A DNA stretch of 64,000 nt from Mobula hypostoma (Eukaryota), in NCBI RefSeq assembly GCF_963921235.1, contig NC_086118.1, positions 14,696,001 to 14,760,000 on the forward strand, written 5' to 3'. Shown piece after piece: positions 11,478 to 26,400 of this stretch. Below the pieces are notes generated by a model. The model saw only the letters and a list, made by a program, of their open reading frames with translations, was not told where the DNA came from and ran no database searches. Every line of letters starts with the position of its first letter. Position 1 is the first letter of the stretch. A program made the position numbers and the translations under genes.

Positions 11478-14400
11478 GTAGGTCTCCCCACAGCGACTCG
11501 TGCCAGCAGAGGCAGTCCAGCAAGTTAGCTCAGCAGCTCAGATTATATATACTCTGCAGACAAAGAGATACCTTGGCCACAGGCATTTCCTTGTAAGCCT
11601 TTTGATTCACCTGCTACCTCTCATACATTTATTGGTTCCCTAATGATGCAGGAAACCATTCTATGATGGGTTCAAACCATTCCCATTAATCTCACTCTGC
11701 AAACCATTTTCTTTCTCTCTCACTCTCACACACACGCACACCCATTGACTCCTACTGAGTCCTTTAACACTAGAAACAATTCAGACCCTTACTGGCAAGT
11801 CTCTTGTTTCCAGCAGACTTCCTTGCTCTCTTTTCCAGCAAATAGTGTCAGAAGTTTTATGATTGTCTGTGATGCGACATAAAGCTGCAACTGCACCCAA
11901 GCCATTAATCTTCACTTTCCTCTATGCGTTGGACATACGTTTAAAAATCAGATGAATTTAAACTCTCTCCTTCTTCCTGTAGGCGAATGCAGCAGGTACA
12001 ACCCTGGACAAGAAGCAACGAATGATTGAGAAGCAGATTTCAGACTGGCGTCAGAAGTGTGAGGAGATTCAGACGGAGCTAGAATCCTCGCAGAAAGAGT
12101 GTCGGCAATACGCCACCGAGCTCTTCAAACTGAAGACTTCCTATGAAGAGCTGATCGAACAGCTGGACTCCATTAAGCGGGAGAACAAAACACTTCAAGG
12201 TAGATTTGAGGAAAAGATGTTTGGGTACAGTTGCACAATATTAACATCAGTGGAAAGATTCTGTGTTTGACATAAAACAACGTAGAAGAGTAAAAAGACA
12301 ATGTTCAAGAGTATCATTAAGAATCATGAGTCTATATAGATGACTTACTATGTTATTTAGATGTTCATCAGTGCTGTGCACAGAATAAATAAGAAGATTA
12401 AACCTAAAATTCCAGTACTCAGTTAGTGCTTTTTAGCATCTCTAATTGGATATGAAGGGTTTACAGTGGGCAGCTGGAAAACTGAGCACGTAACTCATCT
12501 GTGCAGTTCATGGTTTCTATATCCAGCAGAAGTTGAGATGTCAGATCTGATGTCAACTACAAAGCATTCAAGTAGCTAACTAATGACTGCCTCAAAACCT
12601 ATACTTTGTTGTAGAGAGGTTAAAAAACATCAGAGTAGCCCACCTCATCGCACCACATGCCTTGCAATGTCACTTAACAAGTTCTTCAGCCCTGATATGC
12701 CCGGCACCCTGGCATGTCTATGGGGAAAAGAATAGTTCAATTACCTACAGATGTTCTTTTGTACTGAAGCATCAGTCATAATTTACTGATCAGTTTACTA
12801 CTGAGGGCCCTGAACCCACAACATATACACTCAGTGGCTGCTTTATTAAATGCCTCCTGTACCTAATGAAGTGGTCACTGAGCACATGTTCCTGGTCTTC
12901 TGCTGCTGTAGCCCATCCACTTAAACGTTTAACATGTTGTGTGTTCGGAGGTGTTCTGCACACCATTGCTGTAGTGTGTGGCTGTTTGAAATACTGTCTC
13001 CTTCTTGTCAACTTGAACCAGTCTGGGTAATCTCTGACCTCTCTTCATCAACAAAGCATTTTTACCCACAGAACTGCCACTCACTAGGTGTGTTCTTTTT
13101 TGGTTTTTCACACTGTACTCTGTAAACTCTAGAGACTGTTGTGCATGAAAATCCCAGGAGATCAGCAGTTTCTGAGATACTCAAACCACAATTATCCCAC
13201 AGTCAAAGTCACTTAGATCACATTTCTTCCCCATTCTGATGTTTGCTCTGAACAGCAATTGAACCTATTGATCACGTCTGCAAGTTTTTATGTATTGAGT
13301 TGCTGTCACTTGATTGGCTGATTCAATACTAGCATTAACAAGCAGGTGTAAAGGGGCACCAAGTAGAGTGCCCACTGAGTGTGCGAGCATGAGTGTTATT
13401 ACTGTTGAGTGTAGACTGACACCTGAAATTAATTCTCAGTCTGAAACCCTATAAGGCAATATTTAGCCATGGGAATGATATGGTGGAGTGGCCCAGAGAC
13501 AACCAAACTTCATGATAACCCCACCGCCCAGCATCTACACTTCAGTACCTGTTTAGGACTGCGCGCTCACCCCTTACCATCAGCTGTTTCTCCGTTCCTT
13601 CCCACCTCTCCACATGGTCCCCTGCCTCTGATGATACGAGATGATTTCTAACACTGTCCATGCATTTGTATGTCTTCTACTTTATTTACTCCCATCCCTT
13701 GAAGTTTCAATGTGCAGCTTTCTAAACCCTGACCGAGGTGCTCCCTCTACCAACCCAGAGCAAACTGGGACAAAGATCACACTGTGTTAGAATCTGCCTC
13801 AGATCCATGGCATTCCCTATCAGGATCATATCAGCAAATATTATGGCAGTCTGTTCATGTAGAAAATTAAACCTAACCTGACTGGAGCCCTTTCTAACTG
13901 AGCCAGAGCCTGATTAGTAGTAATGTTTGTTTCCACACATGATCACTGATGAGACTCCGCCCCACTATGCTCTAGTGTGAAGTGTTTTTCAGATAAGCTC
14001 ACAGTGAAACCACGTTCTGACGAATTGGTATCCTGCTCTGCCAGCACCAACTGGGCTATTTGCTGTCACAAAGTCATGCCCCACATGACTGGCCCTTACT
14101 TAGTGCAGTTATTTATAAAGGCTAATCCAGCTTGATTCACCTCAATGACACATCTGAGCTCTCCATGTGTGGACAGGTCCTGTTAGGTTCTGATCAGTTA
14201 AGGCTGATTTATACTTGTGCGTCATATGTACACCGTAGGTATTGCATACCCTACGCCGAACCCTACACCGTAGGGTGACGTGCACCTCCCCAAAAATGTA
14301 ACTCACACGTGACGGCGACGCAGACCATAACAACTGTGATTGGTCCGCTTGGTAGCATCGCATTTCCTCCTTCGTATTTCCGGTTGCTTTTTTCCGCCAT

Positions 14401-17400
14401 GTCTGTACACGATGCAAAATAAATGGTTGGAGACAATGAACCAAATCGTCAAATCTACCTGCCGACATCCAAAAATATTTGAAATGCATTTCCTCGTCCA
14501 TGTCTGTCATGAAGAAACTCAATGCAGTGGCATAGAAACCCCATCGCCAACTAGCGTTTTGGTGGTGAATTGCAGAGCGACGCAGACACAATTACGCATG
14601 CTCACTACGGCGTAGGGCTAGGCAAAAGTATAAATCAGGCTCAAGGCGTAGCCCGTACGCACAAGTATAAATCAGCCTTAAGTCAGACTGTAACCAAACG
14701 CAAAGGGTGTTGATTACCGCAGCTTCTCAGCATGGTGTAAAGCAATGTTTTACATCAAAACAACACCAACGACTCTCCCCATTCAAGAGACACCCAACCT
14801 GGGGTTACATTCCTGGGGTTACAATACTCAGTAGGACAGATCACATCTGACAGGACAGGAACAATAGAGCTAATGTTTCAGGACAGAGAACTTTCGTCAG
14901 AACTTTCCCAGTACTCGGCTGGGCCGCAGGGCCTATCTCTCTTATAACTCAATGCATCAAAGATACTCATTTCCTCCTCTGAGGCTTGGGGCACTTTCTG
15001 CAATGTCATTTACGTGGGTTGGTGTCAGTTTTCTGCTGCTCCTTGTACTTCTTTCCCCAATATCTATTTCCTGAAGTGCTGGGCATATCCGCATTGGCGA
15101 GAGTATACAACTATACACAGATTTCAGAACATTAGCAGCACATTACATAGGAAAAGAACCCTAACCCTATCAAAAAAGTCCCTGTGTCCCACCATACCCC
15201 TATCCACCTTCTCTACTAACTTGACTAACTTGTTTTCCTCTTTCTCAGTTATGACAACGAGTCTCTGACCTGAAACATTAACTATAGATGCTGCCTGACT
15301 TGCAGAGTTTTTCAAACATTTCCAGTTTTTCGTTATTTCCAGCGTCTGCAGTTTTTTTGTGTCACTTTTCTTTGACGGTGCCCCTGTGAAGCACCTAGTT
15401 CATTGTATTAGGTTTAGGGCATCGTTGAATTCGATTTGTTACTGCTAGTGTTGTTCCATGCTGACAAGTATCCCTGTTTACTTCCCTTCTGGATTGGTCG
15501 TGCAGAAGAGATTACCGACTTGACAGACCAGCTGGGCGAGGGAGGGAAGAGTGTCCATGAGCTGCAGAAATCCAAGAAGAAACTAGAGATGGAAAAAGAG
15601 GAGCTGCAGGCAACTCTCGAGGAGTCAGAGGCAGCACTAGAGGTAAACTCCATTAGTTCCACAGGCCAAGCAACACATTTTACATCGAAGGAGCCAACTG
15701 TACAGGAGAAGGCCTTTATTGTGCTGTGGAATGCTCCGTAAATACTAGACTTAAATGTAAGGGACAGAAGCTCTTTGTATGTAATTTTAGCTTAAAAAGT
15801 CTTGCTAACTCTGAGGGTAGCTGGGTGTTCTTGGCTTTAAGGTTTGGGGGAGCAAAGTCCCAACAAGATGGCACTGGCAATACATGGCAATGTATTGCGG
15901 GCAGCTCACGAAACCCAGGACAAAGTGAATACTGCAACATGCACTTGGGAACTTCTCCCTCAGCACCATAATTTCCTGATTCTTCACGGCCTTTATGTTA
16001 ATGAATTTTATCTCCAACCCTGTATGAACCAAACTGAGCAACACACAAAATATTGGGAGAACTCAGCAGCATCTGTGGAGGAATTATTTCAGACTGAGTC
16101 CCTTCATCAGCACTGGAAAGGAAGGGGGCAGAAGCAGAGTGTGGGCGGAGCATTGCCTGGCAGGTGATAGGTGAGACGAGGTGAGGGAGGGGAGATACAG
16201 GATGTGAGAAGCTGGGAGGTTATAGGTAGTTGAGGTGTAAGCTTAAGAAGAAGGAATCTGATAGGAGAGGATAATAGACCGTAGAAGAAAGGGTAGGAGG
16301 TGGCAAACCAGAGGGAGGTGATGGACAGGTCATGAGGGCATGGGAGTGGAGGAGAAGGGATTAGAGGGCCACCAGAATATCTTCTCGGCCATACTGAGAA
16401 GATTGAAGATGTTGCCTTTGGTTTCTGGCTGAACCCAGTCCCAACACAACCTACTCAACTTCTCTTTTCATAACCATCCTCAGCAGCTTTGTTCATTTTG
16501 ATGAATATTCTCGTACAAGTTAATTTATGGATTTAAAGTCCACACTGTTGCCTGCCTCTCTATATTGAGGTACCGCTGTGTTGTCAGAGGTTAAGTTCTT
16601 GGAATGGAATTAAAATCTTGTCCAGGGCTTTGATGAGATTTGAAGATCCCATTGTTTTACTTGAATTAGCGGAGGCCATTCTTGCAGCCTTCTGCAGGCT
16701 GCCCAGCGTAATCCTCAGCAGGACAAGCAGCATCTATGGAAAAGAGTAAACAGTCGACTATTCGAGCCAAGACCCTTCATCGGGACTCTGTACCAGTCCT
16801 GATGAAGGGTCTTGGCCTGAAACTTTGACTGTTTACTTTTTTTCTGTAGGTGTTGCCGGGCCTGCTGAGTTCCTCCAGCATTTTGTGTGTCTTACTTTAG
16901 ATTTCCAGTATCTGCACATTTTCTTGTATCCCACCTAATCCTTGCTGATTTGATTTGATGCAATAACACATTTTCCTGTAAGTTTTGATGTACATGTAAC
17001 AAATAAAGCTAATCTTTAAAATCTCTTCCTCATTACATATTTCAACCAGTGATACCCAGATCAGATTCACACCACATTCATCTTGCAGTTACTTGATCTT
17101 GCTCTGTGGTGACTAATTGCTTCATCTGTGTATACAACAGGAAACACTTTTCATTCAGAACTTGGATATGAATGCAAAGTCACTAATGTAAGCAGCCAGC
17201 TTAATTTTCGGATTCCATTGACTTCACTAAAAGTAACTTCGGGACTGGTACTTAATCATGGTCAGTTTGGTTATCTCCCTGCAATTAGTCTTTGCTTCAA
17301 TCACCTTGTGACTAGAATCTTATTTATTTGTGATTTAGAGCTCAACAGCAGTTGGGATTGAATATATTATAAGATGAACTAAAGTAGGTGAGCTGGACTA

Positions 17401-20400
17401 AAGCTCATTTAATCATCGATGAGGGTCAACAGCCAGTGACACAGGGAGCTGCTGCCTTAGTTTTCGTCACATACCCTTCTCAAGAACTGAAATGATTACC
17501 AAGGTGGGGTACAGGTATTACCGAAAATGATTGAAGATGAAAAGCATGAATGCAACAGTAACAGGTGGTTTCAGCGGCTGTAACTGACAGAGAAATAAAG
17601 TGAAGAACCTTTTGAAACAGTACTGAATTGCTCAACATTGTAGGGGCTAATCATTAACCAGTTTAGAACACCATCTTGTACTAAGTTGCAGCTCAGAACA
17701 CGGGATGCAGCTAAAGCAATGGGATTCGACAACTTCCCAGCTATGCTCCAGTCTATTTGCCACAATTATAATACTACCTGGCCACCACAAGTATGCCACG
17801 ACCATAACAAAAGTACGACAAATCTAATCCAAATACAACACAGAAGATACTCAGCCCGTAATAGCTGTGCTAATTCTCAGTAGAGCTCTCCCACCAGATG
17901 TGCTCCCCATCTGCTGGAAACCTTTGCTTTTGCCACTGATGTCCACTAATTCGCAGTAACTGTCCAACTTGTATTTTGGATGTGAGAGGGGTCCCTGAGG
18001 GTGCAGAGAAGCTGCAAAGACCCATAAAAAACACCCATGTGCAAACTCCACATACACAGTACTGTGTCTGTATCCCTTTAGACTTCAGCAGGCACAGGTT
18101 TTCCACACTCACTGCCAGTCTGCCTCTTGCATTCCTCCAGGAGACGTGTGTTACTTTGATAATGAACTGACTCCAGAAAATTACATGCAATTTTCAGACT
18201 TCCATACACATGGGTACAAACTCCACTTCAATTGTTTACAGTGCAAAATCACAGCTTAGCTGGAGCACGTCCAGCTCTGGAAGAAGGGGGAAGTGCTGCC
18301 CCTCCGCCTCCTGATGGCCTGCTTGGCAGGTTTGGGTAAATCCACAGGCAGACATGCAGATGAGTTAAACTCACTAAGAGTTACTGATCATATCCAACAG
18401 CGGAATTCAAGTTTGGTAGAAGTGCAGAGACACGCGTTGCTGAATATTTTGAGCAGATTTTGGTATCTGTCATACTTGTTATTTTACAATACCAGCATGC
18501 CTTTACAGGGATAGGAGAGTTTGAATTTTAGTGTTATTTTCAGGAGCAGCAACGTCCAAGTACTTTGCAGAAGTGGCTGTACTTGAGGATATGGTGCATT
18601 TGTTGGGGTCTCTGTGACCCCAGTGATGCTATGCTGAATGGTTATAACTTCAAGGTGTACTGTCTAAGATAATGTATTTAACAGTTGCCTTTGCTTTCAT
18701 ATTGCATAAGCTTAGAGAGTAACTTTGGCTGAGTATTATGGTGTATTTGAGGCGGATTCCGCGTCTCTGAACTCAGACCACTGCAGAGTTTGCTCTCACC
18801 TGTGGTGCTGGGTCTCCTTACCCAGGGTGAGCCAGCACAGGTCTGAGCATCTGCACTTCCCCTGCTTTCAGGCTGAAGAGAACAAGGTGGTGCGACTGCA
18901 GCTCGAGCTGACACAAGTTAAAGCGGAGGTTGATCGGAGGATCCAGGAAAAGGAAGAGGAATTCGAGGCCACAAGGTAATCTCATTTACTTTTAACCGGC
19001 AGCTGTGCCGGGGATGGCAGAGTGGAAAACTTCGATGTGAAATGATTGGGAAGAAGTTGTGCTAGGGGTTGGGTTTGGGCGTAGGGAACGTCAATCAAGA
19101 TAGGGCTTGAACAAACAGCTTGGTTGTAACTTTTCATTTGCTGCATCTACTTGTCTCCTTCTTCAACACTATGGTAGGAAGTAGAAAACTGTAAATATGA
19201 AAATAAGAAAAACTGCCAAAATGCTGAAATTCATGCTCATGTTTTGTGCGGAGCTCAGGAATTGTCCCTCACAGACATTAAGGCTATAGAACTACTGCCT
19301 CACGGTGGTAATATATCTAAACTACAAATTAATGTCAATGGAATTAAAAATGCTAAGTTGTCAAATGCAAAAATGGAGCAAAGATTTTAGTATAATGTTC
19401 CTCCCACTCATTCTCATTCCTGAATACATCGCTCCCTTCTGTGCTACAGTTCCACCAGCTGACCTATCGTAGCATTGATTCTCAGTGACCTGTGTGACAC
19501 AATGGAGCATTGAAACACTGTCCTGCCTGCCTTCTTAGCACCAGGGGATGACTTACCCATTATCAGAGTGGAGTAATCTGACTTATGTTCTTTTCGTATG
19601 TGAAAATATGTGCTACAATAAGAGATTTAGGGGGCTGACTAAACACAGGTAGATGGGACTTGGTCACTGGGCATCATGGTCAGCATGGACGAATTGGGCC
19701 GAAGGGCCTGTTGCCCTGCTCTGTGATTCTGTAACTCTAAGGAAAACATGGGACAAAACTCTTTACACTCTTAATATCATTTGGTCAATATCTTCCGTTG
19801 TGTTAACACTTTTTAACCCATACCGCCTTTGCCACTCAAGTGGCCCGTTGGGTTGATACACCCTTTCACTGTTTGAGCGGCTTCTGCACCCAACTCAGCC
19901 TCTCCATGTCCAGTAGCAAAAAGATCCTAGACTGTGTCCCTTCTCCACTGGATTTGCATTGGCAGCACTGAACGTCTGTGCGACCCTCAGCACAAACTCC
20001 GACAACATGGAATGTGCCAGTAGGCAGCATTCCCTTCCAGACATCTGGAAGACCGATAAGTTTCAGGTAGATCAACGAGGGTCTTTCACCAAGTTGATGA
20101 CCGTCCAGCAACACTTGATGTCTGTCACGGGATCAGCGCATAGATCAGATAGTTCTGTTACACAGCCACTTGGGATGAAACGAGATGAGGGCCCTATTTT
20201 CCCCTTCACTTGAGCTGAGAAGGCTGAGGTAATTTGTAGCATCCCTACTGCACGGCAGCAATCAACTGAATGATCAGGGATCAGCATAGAACATCTCAAA
20301 ATCAGTGAGAATCGTCAGCGCAACACACCACGTTGTGCATTGAGACTGTACAATGGATGCTGAAATCAAGTGCAGGTTTTCCTCATATTATGACAGGGTT

Positions 20401-23400
20401 CCTGAGAACTCTTCGTTACCCAGAGGCTGCACGTCAGAAATGCGATCAGCCAGCATTTTATTTAAGTGAAAACTCTGGCCAACCAAGAGCAACATGCAGT
20501 TAAGCCAGAATGTTTAATTTCTCTGCAAGATGCAATGATGTTGCCATGAACTGTGTTCCTATACGGCAGAAAAAGCCTGCAGCATTTGGCAAATGCATCC
20601 TGACAGTCTCTCAAATATTCATTCATGTATACAGGCTGTCCATAAGTCAGGTGCTCAGAACTGGGAAAGGATGTTCATTGATGTTGCAAAATTCAGAAAG
20701 TATACTTTGTTTTTTTGCTGTGCTTGGTAGCTCCCCGAATAAACGGATTTCTGCTGCTAACTCTGTTTCTCATCTTTACTCATACATCTCTCCTTTTCTC
20801 TTCCATAACTTCTGTTGGAATCTCCTCCCTCTTGTGGTAAGTGTGAAACAACGGCTTTGCTCCTTAAGGCACTTAGAAAAATAGAAAAATTGCAGGTGTG
20901 GAAACTGAAATAAAAACATAAAAATGCTGGAAATTCTCAACAGCTCAGACAGCATCTATGAAGAGAGAAGCAGTGTTGACCTTTCAGGTCCAGACCTTTT
21001 GTCAGAAACGGGAAAGAGAGAAACAAGTTAATTTTCAAAAGGCAACAGAAGGGGTGGTGGGTAGAACAAGGAGAATATAGTTGGACAGGTGCATGGATAG
21101 GAAAGGTTTAGCAGGTTATGGGCCAAACATGGGCAAATGGAATGAGTCTGGTTGGGCATCTTGGTCAATATGGATGACTTGGATGTTTCTGTGCTCCATG
21201 ACTCCAGCTCTGATAGGGTGAGACCAAAAAGGTTAATGTGGCAGTTAGATTATGCCTCATTATCTGTGTTAGTGTTGGGGCTGTGGGACTTTTCCCTTCC
21301 CCTGAGGCAAAATCACTGATGGATGCTTGGCGTTGACTGTAGTTCAGGGAGGAATTGGTATCCAGAAGTTGACCAAAAGTTTGATTGCACAAGGAAGGCA
21401 ATTCAAAAGGAAATTTTCAGGCCCCAGAAGGAAATACAGCAATTTGAACTCTGCAGCATTTTAACAAGGACTTTACCAAAGAGACTTGAGAGAGTTTTAT
21501 AAGATTATCAGAGGCATAGCTAGAGTAGATAGCCAATATCTTTTTTTTCCAGGTTGATTTTTCTAATACTGCGGGGCATGTTTTAAGGTGAGAAGGGGTA
21601 ATTTCAAAGTAGAAGTGCAGAACAATTCTTTTTAATTGAGAGTTGTGGGTGCCTGGGATGATTTGCCAGGGCTGTAGTGGAGGCAGATAACAATAGACGT
21701 GTTTAAGAAGCCCATGAATGTTCAGAGAATGGAGGGATATGGACATTGTTTAGGCAGAAGAGAATCGTTGGGTGTTTACTATTTTCATTGGCTTAGCGCA
21801 TCATGGGCGGAAGGTCCTGTTCTTGCACTGTTCTTAAATATCCCCGGCTGCTTCTCAGGAGTATCTTAAACTAAACAATCCCACAACCCAAGATGGGGTA
21901 TCATAGAACACAGCATTTTCTGCAACCTCTGACATCTCCAAAGACATCCTACCACCAAGTATATCTTTACCTCCATCCACACCCACCAACACCCCCACCC
22001 CGGGTTTCTGCAGGGATCGCATCTTCCGTGATCTCTTTGTCCATTCATCCCACCCCATTAGTTTCCTTCCCAGCACGTATCCTTGCAAGCAGCTTAAGTG
22101 CGACACCTGCCCAAGCACCTCCTCCCTCACCTCCATTCAGGGCCCCAAACAGTCCTTCCAGGTGAGGCAGCACTTCACCTGCAAACCTGCTGGGTTTTGT
22201 GCTCCCAAAGTGGCCTCCTCTACATTGTTGAGACCTGCTGTAAATTGAAGAACCACTTTGTCAAGCACCTCCGCTCCATCCACCAAAAGTGGAAAATCTC
22301 AGAGGCCAAACATCTTAATTCTGATTCCCATTCCCATTCTGATATGACCTTCCATGGCCTCCTCTTGTGCTATGATGAGGCCACTCTCTGGGTGGAGGAG
22401 CAATACCTCATATTCCATCTTCCTAGCCTCCAACCTGTTGGTATGAATATTGATTCCTTCTTCCGATAAACAAATTCCACCCCCTCCCCCCATTTCTCTA
22501 TTCCCCCCTCTGGCTTCTGGCCACTCACTTCTTCTCACATGCCTATTACTTTCCCCTGGGTCCCCTTCTCCTTCCCTTTCTCCTATGGTCCACTCTTCTC
22601 TCCTATCAGATTCCTTCTTCTCCAGCCCTTCACCTTTCCCACCCACCTGTCTTCACCTGTCACTTTCCAACTTGTCCTCCTTCCCCTCTTCTCACCTTTT
22701 TACTCTGGCATCTTCCCCCTTACTTCTCAGTCCTGAAGAAGGATCTCTGTCTGAAACGTCAACTATCTATTTATTTCCATATATGCTGCCTGATCTGCCA
22801 AGTTCCTCCAGCATTTTGAATGTGTTGCTTTGGATTTCCAGCATCTGCAGTATTTCTTGTGTTTATCATAAAAGGTCATCCAAAGCTTGGTTAAAGAGAG
22901 AGCATCTTCAAGGGAAAGATGACCAAAGTTTAAGGGAGGGGATTGGTCCAATGGGAGAAGGTACATTAGCCCTTGGGAGCACAAAGATCATTGAGAGGGC
23001 TGAATTGGTGATGTGCAAAGGGGGAAGTTGCAGAGCTGGGTGGTAGGGTGAGGGGGAGTTTGGGAGAAAGCCACTGAGGTGATTGGCTCCTTGTATGGGT
23101 TTATTAGGCTTACAGTGTGGGGCCCCATTCAAAGGAGTGGTGAGTGAATGGCATTAAGTCGATCAAAACACATGCAACAGGGTTTTTCAGAGAATGGAAA
23201 TGAACGTTCAGCCAAGTGGTCAGTTTCACACAATTTTAAGAAAATTGAATTAACATCTCTGGCTGATGTTTGTCTTCATCAGTCAGTGAGTGTGGTCGGT
23301 TGGGTCTTGGGGCTTGTCTCATGCCTTTCTGGTGACGCAACCATATTTTGCCTTTTAAGGAAAAACCATCAGCGGAGTCTAGATTCGCTGCAGGCCAGTC

Positions 23401-26400
23401 TTGACGCAGAGGTGAAAGGTCGGGCCGAGGCACTGAGGGTAAGGAAGAAGCTCGAGAGTGATCTGAATGAGCTGGAGGTTCAACTGGACCAAGGCAACAA
23501 GAACAACAGCGAACTTCTGAAGCTGCTGAAGAAACTGCAGCAACAAGTGAAGGTGAGGCCGAGCTGGCGACTGACCTGGTCGACCCAATTACCCCTCCTC
23601 TGACCACCCCCGCTGCCCCAGACATTGGTCTGATGCAACGTCATCTCACTCCAGCTGTCTCAGATGTCCTTTCAAAGCCACACATGAGCTGCTGATTGTT
23701 CTCACAGAGTCTGCACAATTATCCAAGAAAACCCCAGGTTACAACAGGGTTCTGTTCCCGAGAGCTCTTCAGAGCATGAGTTGTTTGTAGATCAGAACTG
23801 AACAGAAATAGCGGGTGAGAGAGGGTAGCAGAAACAGCCATGACAGGAGAGAGAGCAGGCGTGGGGAGAGCATCCACCAGTCGGCCTTAACCACTCACTG
23901 AGTAAGCCTGGTCTTTCTGAGCAGACTTTAGACTTTAGCGAGGCAATTGAGGAACTTAGCTCAAATTTATCCCAGCTTCACTCATCAAAAGAAGATTAAG
24001 ACAAAATCTTTCATCGGATCTAATTCAATGTGTTTTTGCATGCCAAATAGTAGACAGGGTGATGCTTGCCAAAGCTGAATAATTAGCTAATACACTGTAC
24101 TTCCCCTCAACCATGGCCAATTCAATGCTAATCCCATCCAATTGTGTGGATACATTGTTCCTGGGTTTTCTGAGCCCAGAATCTATGCAGAGAGATTTAT
24201 TTATTTACTTATTGAGATTCAACATGGAGTAGACCTGTGCGGCCCTCCAAGCCATGCCACCCAGCAACTCCCAGTTTAACCCTCGCCCAAACAGTGCGCA
24301 ATTTACAATGATGAATTAACCTAATAAACTTTGGACTTTGGGAGGAAACTGGAGCAGCTGGAGAAAATCCACCCATTCCATGGGGAGAAGGCACAGACTC
24401 CGTACAGATGACTCCAAATCGAACTCCGAACTCTCAACGGTCCAAGTTGTGATGGTGTCGCACTAACCATTACACTACTGTTAAAATCATAGACAGATCT
24501 TTAAAAATTACTACTTTTTTAAAGTCGCTTCAAAAATAAAGGGAACTTACTGAATACTGTGGACGTGGAGATGGCATTTGCATTAGAGGGAGAGTCTTGG
24601 ATCTGAGGGCACTGCCTCGGAATAAGGGAATTTCCCTTTAAAACAGAGATAAGGAGGAATTTCTTCAGCCAGAGAATGGTGAATTTGTGGAATTCCTTAC
24701 CATAGAGAGTTGTGGAGGCCAAGTCATTGGTTGTATTTAAGGCAGAGATTGTTAGGTTCTTAATTGGTAAGGGATTTAAAGATTATGGGAAATAGTGAGA
24801 AAACTGGGGTTGAAAAGCACACTCAGGCCGGCTGGTGGCACAATGACATCAGCGCCAGACCCGGGAGCGGAGGTTCCTGGGTTCGAAACCAGCCGGGTCT
24901 GCTCCCGAGATGCACACACATAGACTCGCATGTATGCGGGCACGCGCAGACGCACACACATAGACTCGCATGCACGCAGGCACACACGCAGACGCACACA
25001 CATAGACTCGCATGCATGCAGGCACATGCCAGAAAAAAAGAAAAGCACACTATTACATAAATGGCTTAATTCTGCTACTATATCTTATGGTATTATGGAA
25101 ATATAGTTTAGAAAAAATTAAAAGGTATTAAAACAAATAAAAATTAGAATTTTAAACTAAATGAAGAAAGAAGTAACTCGCCATTTCTCTCCTCATCCTG
25201 AGTTCATGAAGTCCCATCCACATACTGGGTGTTGACCCACAGAAGAAAGAGAATGGTAAGGTCCTGATGGCGTGGGTTTGGATGTGAACTCTTTAGACTG
25301 CCTCGGCACAATTGGACAGAGCCAGGGCCAGATGTGGCCCAAGTGCCCTTCATTTTGTCCCCTTCCGCACAGCAGCACATCTGTTGAGGGATCAGTGTCA
25401 GCCCACTATCTGATTTCTTGGAGTCAACTGTCAGCATTTATGCAGCCACTAGATGGCACTGTTTACCATCTTTTGGTCTATGGAATCGAGCAGAGGAGAT
25501 TCACACAAGTTGCTTGAGGAACTCGGTAGGTCAGACACCATCAGTGGAGGGGAATAAACTGTCAACGTTTCAGGCTGAAACCTTTCATCAGGACTGGAAA
25601 AGGAGGGGTCAGATGTCAGAATAAGATGGTGGGAAGAGGGGAAGGTGTACAAGTTGGCCATTGATAGGTGAGACAAAGTGAGGGGAAAGGTATGTGGGAG
25701 GGGGAGGGGGGAGAATGTTTACTCCACCCTGTTTATTCCCCTCCATAGATGCTAACTAACCTGCTGAGATCCCGCCCCAGCACTTCGTGTGTATTGCTCG
25801 AGATTTCCAGCACATGCAGAATCTCTTATGTCTGTGAGAGCAAAGAGAGAGTCTGCAGTTCTGTGGTCACTACCCCAGGCTGACAGTATCCACAGGTTTA
25901 AAAACATACCCTAGAACATCAAGAAATCCTCTGCATGTTGCATTCCACAGTTGGGAATCTCTGGGGACATCAAACATCTTTCCATCTTCTTCTGCACAGG
26001 CAAATGCAAATATACCCAACGTTGTGAAAATTCTTCTTTGGAGCCTGTGATCTATGGCAGCTAGTCCAGACTTTAGTAATTACTTTGCAATTTACCAGAC
26101 TTCGGGAGGTGGGGTGGGGGGCAGAGGAGGAGGAAGGGGGAGCTGATACTGAGAAGTCAGCGGATTGGTGGGAAGGGAAGGAGAGATCATTGAGGGAATG
26201 GGGCAGAGAGGGGCAGCAGTGATAAAGTCGGTGGGGTCGCGAGAGGGAAGAGGAGGTGGCAGAGAGCACAAAACAAAAATTGTAAAAGCTGCAGGTGCTG
26301 GGAATCTGAAAGAAAAACAGAAAGCACTGGAAATATTCAGCAATTGTTGAAAGAGAAATGGTGCATGTTGCAGACCAAAGACCTTTCATTTTGCTGAACC

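Noticed and set aside
19850..20330. Possible exon or transposase remnant (several 75-84 aa ORFs)
   Set aside because: No recognisable motif or convincing splice sites; only a vague pogo-like resemblance.
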